DNA of 21,544 nucleotides, from positions 1 to 21,544 of the forward strand of contig JBBDRO010000056.1 of assembly GCA_040905425.1 (NCBI GenBank), written 5' to 3'. The notes below the pieces were generated by a model. The model was not told the DNA's origin, did not search any database, and worked only from the letters and a program-made list of their open reading frames with translations. Below are positions 6,749 to 14,740 of the stretch, piece by piece (position 1 is the stretch's first letter; each line of letters starts with the position of its first letter). A program made the position numbers and the translations under genes. Source of the stretch: Gemmatimonadota bacterium. Its GTDB lineage: Bacteria; Gemmatimonadota; Gemmatimonadetes; Longimicrobiales; RSA9.

Positions 6749-9423
6749 GCGGCGCCGGGCGTGACGCCGGCCCCGGTTTCCTGCGCCGGCTGCTTCACTC
6801 CCGCAGACAGATGAACGCCGACGTGCGCACCGAGGTTCGTTTCCACATGGACGGCGTGGTGGAGGAGCTGATGGCCGCGGGGTGGAGCCGGAGCCGGGCG
6901 GAGCGGGAGGCGGAGCGGCGTTTCGGCGACCCGGACCGGGTGGCCGCCAGCCTGCGGGCCATCGGGCAGCAGCGGCTGTCCCGTGAGAGGCGCCGGGATC
7001 GGCTGGGAGACCTCCGCCGGGACGTGCGCTTTGCCGTCCGCTCCCTCCGCCGCGAGCCCGGCCTGGCGCTGGTGGCACTCCTCACGCTCGCGCTGGGCGT
7101 GGGCGCAACGACGGCGGTCTTTGCCGTGGTGGACGTGGCGCTGCTGCGGCCGCTCCCCTATCCAGAGGGCGAGCGCATCGTGGTGGTGCGCAACGCCAAC
7201 CACGCCGCTGGGGTGGCCGATGAGGACGTCTCGCCGCCCGACCTGGTGGACTTCCAGCGCGTGCGCGCCTTCGAGGCGCTGGCCGGCTTCAACATCGTCT
7301 CCGTCATGCTTAGCGGAGTGGAGCAGCCGGAGATGCTCTCGGCGGGGGCGGTCACGCCGGACTTCTTCCGCGTCCTGGGCGTGCCCCCGGCGCGGGGTCG
7401 CGCCTTCGCACCCGGGGAAGCGGGGCCCGCAGCGCCCCCGGTCGCGGTGCTCGGGTGGGGCGCCTGGCAGCGGCACTTCGGTGGGGCCGACGCCGTGGTG
7501 GGGCGCACCATCGAATTGAACGGCGTGCCGGTGGAAGTCATCGGCGTCATGCCGCCAGGATTCGACGTGCCCATGCCGGAGACGGATGTGTGGCTCCCGC
7601 TCTGGGCGGCGAATCCGGAGCTGCACCGCGCGTCCCGCTACCTGGTGGCGCTGGCGCGGCTCCGTCCGGACGTCCCTCTGGAGGCGGCCGAGGAGGAGCT
7701 GGCGGGCGTGGCGGCCGCGCTCCAGGAGCAGCACCCCGAGACCAACCAGGGCTTCACCGCCTGGCTGCAGCCTGCCCGGGAACGTCTTGTAGGCGACGCA
7801 CGTCCCATCCTGCTCACGGTGCTCGGGGCCGTGGGACTCGTGCTCCTCCTGGCCTGCGCGAACGTGGCCAACCTCCTGCTGGGGCGGGCCACCCGCCGCG
7901 GGCGGGAACTGGCCGTTCGCGCCGCCCTCGGCGCAGGGCTCGGACGTCTCCGCGCCCAGCTCCTGACCGAAAGCCTGGTGCTGGGCTTTCTGGGTGGCGG
8001 CCTGGGCGTGCTCCTGGCGTGGGCCGGCGTAGCGGGGATCCGCGTGTTGAACCCCGCCGAGCTGCCCCGGGCCGAGGCCATGACGGTGGACGGGCGGGTG
8101 ATGCTGTTCGCGCTGGGGCTGACTATAGGGACGTCGCTTGTATTCGGGCTGGCGCCGGTGCTGGCCGCCGCCGGCTCGCGTGGCGCCAGCGCGCTCCGGG
8201 CCGGCACCGCCGCGGCGGGTGGTGGCCGGGGGGGTGAGCGCGCCAGGAGGGCGCTCGTCTCGCTGGAGGTGGCCGTGTCCATGGTGCTCCTGGCCGGCGC
8301 GCTGCTTCTACTGCAGAGCTTCACCTCGCTGAATGCAATGGATCCCGGTTTCCGCACCGAGGGAATTCTCACCGCCAAGGTGAGCCTGGACGGTGGTCGT
8401 TATCCGGGCAACGGTCCCAAGGTGGCGTACTTCGAAGCGCTGCTGGAGCGATTGGAGGCGGACCCGGCGGTAGCGAGTGCCGCGGTGGCCATGGGACTGC
8501 CGCTGGATCCCGCGGGCACCGAGTTCGAGCTGAATTACCTGCGGGAGGGAGATCCGCCGCGCCGGGAGTCCGAGTTGCCGGAGGCGGCCTACCAGTCCGT
8601 CTCCCCCGGCTACTTCGAGACGCTCGGCATGCCGCTGCTGCAGGGGCGCGACTTCACTCTGGCCGATGACTGGGAGGCGCCGCGGGTTGCCGTGATCAAT
8701 GAGGCCTTCGCCGATCACCTCTGGCCCGGGGAGAACCCCATCGGCCGCCGCTTCCGCACCTTCTACGGACCGGAGCGGGACATGACCGTGATCGGTGTGG
8801 TCGGGGACACGCGCCACATGGCCCTGGCCACCCCGCCCGCGCACCAATACTTCGTGCCGGTGCGGCAAACGGAGTTCATGTTCGGCTACATGAGCGTGGC
8901 CATGCATGTAGTGGGCAACGCAGCCGGGCTCGAAAGCCGCGCGCGCGCCATTGCTGCAGGGCTGGATCCGGCGGAGCCCATGTACGGCTTCCGCACCATG
9001 GAGACCCTGCGGGCCGATGCGCTGGCCCGCGAACGCTCGGCCTCGCTGGTGTTCGGCGCGTTCGGGCTCCTGGCGCTGGTCATGGCGGCGACGGGCCTCT
9101 ACGGCGTGGTCTCCTACCAGGTGGCCCGCCGCACCGGTGAGATCGGTGTGCGCATGGCGCTCGGCGCGGATCGGACGCGGGTCCGCCTGCAGGTGGTGGG
9201 GCAGGCGCTCGGCGTAGCGGGGATGGGCGTAGCCGTAGGCACCATGGGCGCGCTGGCGGCCACCCGGCTCCTCTCCGGCATGCTCTACGGCGTGGAGCCC
9301 GGGGACCCCCGGACGCTCGGAGCCGGCGCCCTGGTGCTGCTGCTCGTGGCCGCGAGCGCCGCCTGGATGCCGGCGCGGCGGGCGAGTGCCGTGAGCCCGG
9401 TTGAGGCGTTGAGGGAGGGCTAG
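6745..9423 (+). CDS. Duplicated MacB/FtsX-type ABC permease (ADOP-like) no. 2
   Basis: 892 aa. Prefix EVRFHM...AERRFGD. DVRFAVRSLRR, LLRPLPY, LLLACANVANLLL, RELAVRAALGA, RRTGEIGVRMALGA, PARRASAVSPVEALREG. Confidence 0.95.
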   Translation: MSGAGRDAGPGFLRRLLHSRRQMNADVRTEVRFHMDGVVEELMAAGWSRSRAEREAERRFGDPDRVAASLRAIGQQRLSRERRRDRLGDLRRDVRFAVRSLRREPGLALVALLTLALGVGATTAVFAVVDVALLRPLPYPEGERIVVVRNANHAAGVADEDVSPPDLVDFQRVRAFEALAGFNIVSVMLSGVEQPEMLSAGAVTPDFFRVLGVPPARGRAFAPGEAGPAAPPVAVLGWGAWQRHFGGADAVVGRTIELNGVPVEVIGVMPPGFDVPMPETDVWLPLWAANPELHRASRYLVALARLRPDVPLEAAEEELAGVAAALQEQHPETNQGFTAWLQPARERLVGDARPILLTVLGAVGLVLLLACANVANLLLGRATRRGRELAVRAALGAGLGRLRAQLLTESLVLGFLGGGLGVLLAWAGVAGIRVLNPAELPRAEAMTVDGRVMLFALGLTIGTSLVFGLAPVLAAAGSRGASALRAGTAAAGGGRGGERARRALVSLEVAVSMVLLAGALLLLQSFTSLNAMDPGFRTEGILTAKVSLDGGRYPGNGPKVAYFEALLERLEADPAVASAAVAMGLPLDPAGTEFELNYLREGDPPRRESELPEAAYQSVSPGYFETLGMPLLQGRDFTLADDWEAPRVAVINEAFADHLWPGENPIGRRFRTFYGPERDMTVIGVVGDTRHMALATPPAHQYFVPVRQTEFMFGYMSVAMHVVGNAAGLESRARAIAAGLDPAEPMYGFRTMETLRADALARERSASLVFGAFGLLALVMAATGLYGVVSYQVARRTGEIGVRMALGADRTRVRLQVVGQALGVAGMGVAVGTMGALAATRLLSGMLYGVEPGDPRTLGAGALVLLLVAASAAWMPARRASAVSPVEALREG

Positions 9424-9576
9424 GAGCGGGACTGGACGTGTGTGCGGTGGGGACGCGGCGTTTGGTGCTGACGTAGCCGCCCTCACCACCCCCGCAATGC
9501 CTCATAGCGCTCCCTCCTCCACCACGGGCGGCTTCTTCTGGTATCCCGGATCGTCAAGGGCGGGCTGCGGCAACCC

Positions 9577-9623
9577 TTGCGGACCCCAGCCCATCCAACA
9601 CACTATACCTCACAATGTAGGGT
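9577..9623 (+). promoter_or_regulatory. Putative promoter and operator of the second PadR-permease pair
   Basis: TTGCGG (9577-9582), 18 nt, CACTAT (9601-9606). Imperfect palindrome ACCtcACAaTGTagGGT (9607-9623). GGAGGT RBS at 9632-9637. Confidence 0.45.
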
Positions 9624-9640
9624 TCAGCAGCGGAGGTAAG

Positions 9641-9973
9641 ATGGGTGAGTCGTTCGCAGGTGAATTCGAGCAGATGATCCTCCTGGCCGTGGCGCGCCTG
9701 GGCCCCGGCGCCTACGGCTGGTCCGTGGCGCGAGAACTGGAGGAAGTTGCCGGGCGGGCCGTCTCCAGCGGCGCGTTGTACACCACGCTGAACCGGCTCG
9801 AGAGCAAAGGCTGGCTCACCGGCCGGTTGGAGGAGGGCGGAGAGGAGCGGGGCGGGCGGCCGCGACGCTACCTGACGCTGACCCCCGCAGGCGCCACGGC
9901 GGTGCGCCGGGCGCGTGAGGCTATGGACTGCCTCTGGGCCGGACTCGATCTGCGCCCCGGGGAGGCGCGGTGA
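9641..9973 (+). CDS. PadR-family transcriptional regulator ('GEFEQ' subtype)
   Basis: MGESFAGEFEQMILLAVARL...AYG..V..EL....GRAVSSGALYTTLNRLESKG...ERGGRPRRY. Strong RBS. GTGA overlap with the next gene. Confidence 0.95.
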   Translation: MGESFAGEFEQMILLAVARLGPGAYGWSVARELEEVAGRAVSSGALYTTLNRLESKGWLTGRLEEGGEERGGRPRRYLTLTPAGATAVRRAREAMDCLWAGLDLRPGEAR

Positions 9974-12648
9974 CGGGGCTCGGGCCGCCTCCGATCCTGG
10001 AGCGCTGGGCCGCCCGCCTGCTGTCCAGAGCACCCGACGCCGACGCCGCCCTCGGGGATCTGGCCGAGGGCCATGCCCAGCATCGCGAGCGGCGCGGCCG
10101 CCGCATGGCAGCGCTCTGGTACGCGCGGCAGGTCCTCTCCCTGCTGCGCCACCGGCGGGGCCTGTCCGGCGCGCCTTCGGAGCGCCAGCCTTTCGGGAGC
10201 GGTGGGCGCGTGGGCCTGGGTCTTCGCCAGGCCGTCCGCTCGCTGGCGCGGCGGCCCGGCTACCCGGCCGTGGCCGTGCTCACCCTGGCACTGGCGGTGG
10301 GCGCCTCAGCCACCGTGTTCGCGGCGGTGGAGGCCGCGCTGCTGCAGCCGCTCCCCTTTCCGGCCGCGGATCGCACGGTGGTGGCGTGGCGGATGACCCC
10401 TGCGGGGGAACGACGCGCCCTCACCGGCGCTGAGACGGCCGAATTCGCGGCGCGGAATTCCGGCGTCGCCGGGTGGGCCTATCTGCTCGGCACCGCGGAG
10501 GCCGCGTTCCTGGCGGACGGCCAGGCCGTTCCCGTGGTCACCAACACGGTCTCGGGCAATCTCTTTCAGTTGCTTGGCGTGGAAGCACACCGTGGACGCC
10601 TCATCTCCCGGACGGAGGCACTCGCCGGGGATGCGGACCCGCCCCCACCGGCCCCGGTGCTGCTGGACCACGCGTTCTGGATACGGCAGTTCGGTGGCGA
10701 TCCCGCGGTGCTGGGCCGCACCATCCACCTGGACGGCCAGGCGGCGGTGGTGGTGGGCGTCCTGCCCGAGGGATTCGGCCTGCCTCTCCCAGCCACGGCC
10801 GGAATGAATGCCACGGCGGATGTGTGGCGGCCGCTGCGGGAGGAGATGGCCGCCCTGGCCCGGCCGGAACGCATGCGGGACCAGGACAGCGATGATCGCG
10901 GGATGGCGCTGGCCGTGCTCGAGGAGGGCAGGACGGTGCCCCGGGTCGAGGCCGCCCTGAACGGCGCCGCCGGTGCTTCCATGCCAGGAGAAGGGGCCGT
11001 CCGCCTCACCCCGCTGCGGGCCGATGCCCTGGCGGCGGCAAGGCCGCTTGTGCGCCTGCTCGGTGCCAGCATCGGCATGATCCTGCTGCTGGCCTCGGCC
11101 AACATGGCCGGGCTCCTCGTGGCGCGCACCGCTGGGCGTCAACGGGAGCTGGCCATGCGTATGGCGCTCGGTGCCTCCCGGCTGCAATTGGCCGGGCCCG
11201 TGCTGGCGGAGGGGCTGCTCATAGGGGGGCTGGCGTCCATCCTGGGTCTGGTGCTGGCAAGCTGGGGCGTGCCGGCGCTCGCGGCGTTCTGGCCGGCCGC
11301 CTTACCGCTTCCAGCGGAACTGCGGGCAGGCGGGGCCGTGCTTGCCTTCGGATCGTTGGCCGCCCTGGTGGCCGGTCTGGCCGCCGCCGCCCTGCCGGCC
11401 TGGTGGAGTGGGCGCGCGGACGCCCTGGTCGCGCTGCGTAGCGCCGGCACGGTGGGACTGGATCGGCGGGTCCTCCGCCTGCGGGACGCCTTCGTAGCCG
11501 CCCAACTGGCTCTGGCCGTCACCCTGCTGGCCTGCACGGGGCTCCTGGTGCGGACGTTCGATGGTCTGGCGGCGGTGGAGCCCGGCTTCCATGCTGCGGG
11601 TGTGGCCACCTTCGACATCGGCCTGGTGTACCGCGATGGGTACCGCGGTCCCGCCGACCGGGCCGCTTTTGTTCGTGCCCTGGAGGAGCGCCTGCTGGCC
11701 CTCCCCGCGGTGCGGCAGGTGGGCGTGATTGCCGGGGCGCCGTTACGCGGCGAGAGCTTCATCCAACCGTGGGGACGAGCAGGCGAGCCCCCCACCGCAT
11801 GGAGTGGTGAGGCGGAGTACCGGGTGGTCAGCCAGGGGTATTTCCCGGCCATGGGCACCCGGCTCGTGGCGGGGCGCAACTTCACACCCGCGGATGACCG
11901 GCAGGATCGCCGCGTGGTGCTCGTGGACCAGGCGCTGGCACGCCGGCTGGAGCCCGCAGGGGCGGTGCTCGGCCACCGGCTGGCGCTCCCTGTGGACGGG
12001 GACGCCGTGGAGGCCGAGATCGTGGGCGTCGTGGAGAGCGTCCGCTTCGTGGATCTGACGGCGGCGGGGCCGCCCGCCATCTACGTGCCGTACCGCCACG
12101 AGGCGTCGCGCAGGATCACCGTTGTGCTGCGCACGGGAGGCGATCCAGCTGCCCTGGCAGCCCCCGTGCGGGCGGCACTTCGTGACCTCGATCCGAGGCT
12201 GCCGCTATTTGCCTTCCGGACCATGGATGAGCACGTGGCGGCGGCCACGGCGGGGCCGCGCTTTGCCCTGGTGATGCTGGCCATGCTTGCGCTCGTGGCG
12301 GCGCTGGTCGCGGCGGCGGGCACGTACGCTCTGGTGGCGTTCACCACGGCCCGGCGTGCGTCCGAATTCGGCCTCCGACGCCTCCTGGGTGCGTCCCCCG
12401 GAAGCATTGGCATGCTCGTCCTGCTGCCCGCTCTCAGGTTGGCCGGCATGGCCCTGGCGGCGGGCGTCCTGGGAGCGTTGGGCGTGGGCTGGCTCATGCG
12501 CGGGCTGCTCTTCGAGGTGAGCGTGGCGGATCCGGGCACCTACGCCGTGGTGGCCGGCCTCCTACTCCTCACAGTGGGGGCCGCCACGCTGGCGCCGGCT
12601 CTCCGGGCGGCGCGGGCCGCCCCCGCCGTGGCGCTGCGGAGCGATTGA
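9970..12648 (+). CDS. Duplicated MacB/FtsX-type ABC permease (ADOP-like) no. 3, second prefix type
   Basis: 892 aa. Prefix PPPILERWAARLL...LGDLAEG...ALWYARQ. LLQPLPF, RQRELAMRMALGA, RRASEFGLRRLLGA, PALRAARAAPAVALRSD. Confidence 0.93.
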   Translation: MTGLGPPPILERWAARLLSRAPDADAALGDLAEGHAQHRERRGRRMAALWYARQVLSLLRHRRGLSGAPSERQPFGSGGRVGLGLRQAVRSLARRPGYPAVAVLTLALAVGASATVFAAVEAALLQPLPFPAADRTVVAWRMTPAGERRALTGAETAEFAARNSGVAGWAYLLGTAEAAFLADGQAVPVVTNTVSGNLFQLLGVEAHRGRLISRTEALAGDADPPPPAPVLLDHAFWIRQFGGDPAVLGRTIHLDGQAAVVVGVLPEGFGLPLPATAGMNATADVWRPLREEMAALARPERMRDQDSDDRGMALAVLEEGRTVPRVEAALNGAAGASMPGEGAVRLTPLRADALAAARPLVRLLGASIGMILLLASANMAGLLVARTAGRQRELAMRMALGASRLQLAGPVLAEGLLIGGLASILGLVLASWGVPALAAFWPAALPLPAELRAGGAVLAFGSLAALVAGLAAAALPAWWSGRADALVALRSAGTVGLDRRVLRLRDAFVAAQLALAVTLLACTGLLVRTFDGLAAVEPGFHAAGVATFDIGLVYRDGYRGPADRAAFVRALEERLLALPAVRQVGVIAGAPLRGESFIQPWGRAGEPPTAWSGEAEYRVVSQGYFPAMGTRLVAGRNFTPADDRQDRRVVLVDQALARRLEPAGAVLGHRLALPVDGDAVEAEIVGVVESVRFVDLTAAGPPAIYVPYRHEASRRITVVLRTGGDPAALAAPVRAALRDLDPRLPLFAFRTMDEHVAAATAGPRFALVMLAMLALVAALVAAAGTYALVAFTTARRASEFGLRRLLGASPGSIGMLVLLPALRLAGMALAAGVLGALGVGWLMRGLLFEVSVADPGTYAVVAGLLLLTVGAATLAPALRAARAAPAVALRSD

Positions 12649-12668
12649 ATCACTCAAGGGGGCGTCGC

Positions 12669-13106
12669 ATGAAACATGACAAGGAGACACCGCCACACCT
12701 CGGGCGGGCACGGCGTCGGCAGGTGCCCGCCTCGGCCCTGGCCGCGCTGGCCCTCCTGCTGCTGCCCGGGTGCAATCGCTCGGCGCTGCTCAATTGCATT
12801 CCGGCCGCATCGCCGGCGCTGAACGTCACCATCGTGGAGAGCGGGACCGGCGCCTTCCTGGCCGCCGGCGCCACGGCCGTGGCTGTCGACGGCGGACATA
12901 GCGAGACGCTCGTCCCAGGTGATTACGCCCCCAGCGGGGAACTTGCTTCGCGCATGGGGCTCTTCGGACGCGCTGGCAGCTACACGATCACCGTGACCCA
13001 CTCTGGCTATGAGACGTGGACGGGGACCGCGCGCGCCGGCAGCGGTGCCTGCGGCGTGGTGACGGTACCCGTCCGGGCGGAGCTCCAAGCCGCCGCGGCA
13101 CCGTAG
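12669..13106 (+). CDS. Putative lipoprotein, carboxypeptidase-regulatory/transthyretin-like beta-sandwich
   Basis: AAGGGGG RBS. RARRR plus hydrophobic stretch plus lipobox-like LPGC. Motifs PALNVTIV.S.TG, GRAGSYTITVTHSGYETW, CGVVTVPVRAELQ. Two further Cys may form a disulfide. Confidence 0.8.
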   Translation: MKHDKETPPHLGRARRRQVPASALAALALLLLPGCNRSALLNCIPAASPALNVTIVESGTGAFLAAGATAVAVDGGHSETLVPGDYAPSGELASRMGLFGRAGSYTITVTHSGYETWTGTARAGSGACGVVTVPVRAELQAAAAP

Positions 13107-13120
13107 AGCCTCCTGCGCTG

Positions 13121-13210
13121 GCGCTCACCCGCCCGTCCCCACCAGCGCATGGACCTGCACCCGCCCGCGCTCACCCGCCCGTCCCCACCAGCGCATGGAC
13201 CTGCACCCGC
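13121..13210. repeat. Exact 44-nt tandem duplication (13121-13164 and 13167-13210) of the 3' end of the beta-propeller gene
   Basis: GCGCTCACCCGCCCGTCCCCACCAGCGCATGGACCTGCACCCGC occurs twice, separated by CC. Confidence 0.95.
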
Positions 13211-14292
13211 TCCCGGTCCAGCTCATCCACCCGGATCCCCACCACGGATCCGGCCCCGGCGTCTGTCAGCTCGAGGCCGGGGGGAGCGTTCACCTGAAAG
13301 AGCCGGGTGCCCGAGGCGTCGTAGACGGTCCAGCGCCCGCCGCCGTTCGCGGCACGCTCCCACGCCTGCACCCACAGCCTCCCCAGCCCATCGGTGAAAA
13401 AGGCCCGCAGCGCGGGCGCCCGCTCGGCGGGGGGGAGGGCGTCCACCCATTCCGCTATGACGCGCTGGTCGTTGGGCGTGGCCCCGCGCGCCACCATGCG
13501 TCGCCGTAGCTCCGCCAGGTCCGCTCGGCCGACGGGTGGTCGGGGCGGGGAGGCCAGCACCTGGCCCACCACGCGGCCGTCCGTGGTCATGCGGCGCAGG
13601 CGGTACTCCCGCCCCGACCCCAACCACACGGTGCCCTCCGCGCCGGGTGCCCAGAGCAGTTCCGTGGGGGGCGCCAGCGGCCACGGCATGCCGTCCCGCA
13701 TCTCCACTTCCACGGCGGCGAAAACACCGGTGGTGTCCGCCGTCCCCGCCTCGGGCTCCACCACGTAGACCGCGAAGCGCTGGGTGCGGCGCCCGTTGGC
13801 GGCGCCGAAGAGGCGTTCATTGCCGCGTAGCAGGATCCGCCCGTCGGGAAGGAGCCCCCAGGGCACCACGTTGAAGGCTGCGTCAGCCAGCGGTGTAAGC
13901 TCGAGGGGAACCCGATCCAGCAGGGTGCCGGCGGCGCTGAAACGCAGGCGGCTGCCGTTGCGGTCCAGCGCCAGCAGCGTGTTCGGGTCACCAACCTGGA
14001 AAGCCAGCAACTCGCGCAGCTCAGCGGGTCCCCCTCCCCGACCGCCTACGTCCCGCAGATGGCGGCCAGCCGCGTCGTAGAGGCGCAGGCGGGAGGCGTC
14101 GGCCTCCCCCACCACGATCCCTCCGTGGCCGAGGAAACGGACGCCGATCACGCGATGGAGCTGATAGGCATCGTCGCTTTCCACACCGCCGATCTCCACA
14201 GCGGCTCGCGGGTCGATGTGCTGCGCCGTGGCGGGGCTCGTTACGCAGGCCACCAGGGCGGCCAGCAGGAGGGCAGCGGCATTGCGGACCAT
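13171..14292 (-). CDS. Secreted 6-bladed beta-propeller-like protein
   Basis: GAGGAG RBS (14306-14301). Signal peptide MVRNAAALLLAALVACVTSPATAQ. Repeats such as LRLYDAAGRHLRDVGGRGGGPAEL, FFTDGLGRLWV, WTVYDASG. C-terminal GIRVDELDRERVQVHAL. Confidence 0.85.
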   Translation of the reverse strand: MVRNAAALLLAALVACVTSPATAQHIDPRAAVEIGGVESDDAYQLHRVIGVRFLGHGGIVVGEADASRLRLYDAAGRHLRDVGGRGGGPAELRELLAFQVGDPNTLLALDRNGSRLRFSAAGTLLDRVPLELTPLADAAFNVVPWGLLPDGRILLRGNERLFGAANGRRTQRFAVYVVEPEAGTADTTGVFAAVEVEMRDGMPWPLAPPTELLWAPGAEGTVWLGSGREYRLRRMTTDGRVVGQVLASPPRPPVGRADLAELRRRMVARGATPNDQRVIAEWVDALPPAERAPALRAFFTDGLGRLWVQAWERAANGGGRWTVYDASGTRLFQVNAPPGLELTDAGAGSVVGIRVDELDRERVQVHALVGTGG

Positions 14293-14335
14293 GGCAGAGA
14301 CTCCTCGGCTGGTAACGGCGGCAGAAACATCAGTC

Positions 14336-14369
14336 TTGTGGATATGCATATCCCAATTATATATATGGG
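14336..14369. promoter_or_regulatory. AT-rich divergent promoter/operator between the propeller gene and the third PadR
   Basis: Perfect palindrome GGATATGCATATCC (14340-14353) overlapping imperfect CCCAatTATATAtaTGGG (14352-14369). Conspicuously AT-rich in a very GC-rich context. Confidence 0.6.
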
Positions 14370-14401
14370 GCAACCCGCACCCCGCGTTCCGAGGAGACCC
14401 C

Positions 14402-14740
14402 ATGGCCGTCACACCTCTCACCTACCACATCCTCATGGCGCTGGCCGACGCCGACCGCCACGGCTACGGCATCATCAAGGAGATCGGCCTGCGCCTCGGC
14501 CAGGACGAGGAACCGAGCACGGGTGCGCTCTACGTGGCGCTGCAGCGCATGGACGGGGAGGGACTCATCACGGACACGGACCCGCCCGCGGGGGAAGCGG
14601 GGGAAGCGGACCCGCGCAGGCGTTACTACCGTCTCACGCCCGCGGGGCGGGAGGCCGCCCGCGCCGAGTCCAGCCGGCTCGCGGCGCTGCTGGCGGCGGC
14701 CCGGGCCAAGGACCTCATCTCCGCCACCGGTGAGCGGTGA
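14402..14740 (+). CDS. PadR-family transcriptional regulator ('PL..HIL.AL' subtype)
   Basis: GAGGAG RBS. MAVTPLTYHILMALADADRHGYGIIKEI...STGALYVALQRM..EGLI...DPRRRYYRLTPAGR..ARAE..RL. GTGA overlap with the next gene. Confidence 0.95.
   Translation: MAVTPLTYHILMALADADRHGYGIIKEIGLRLGQDEEPSTGALYVALQRMDGEGLITDTDPPAGEAGEADPRRRYYRLTPAGREAARAESSRLAALLAAARAKDLISATGER

Noticed and set aside
9503..9560. Minus-strand peptide ...PPVVEEGAL* resembling the PadR VEEGALY motif
   Set aside because: Six-residue match with no flanking PadR similarity. Probably chance.
13121..13210. CRISPR array
   Set aside because: Only two copies with a 2-nt gap, the unit is coding sequence, and no cas genes are present.
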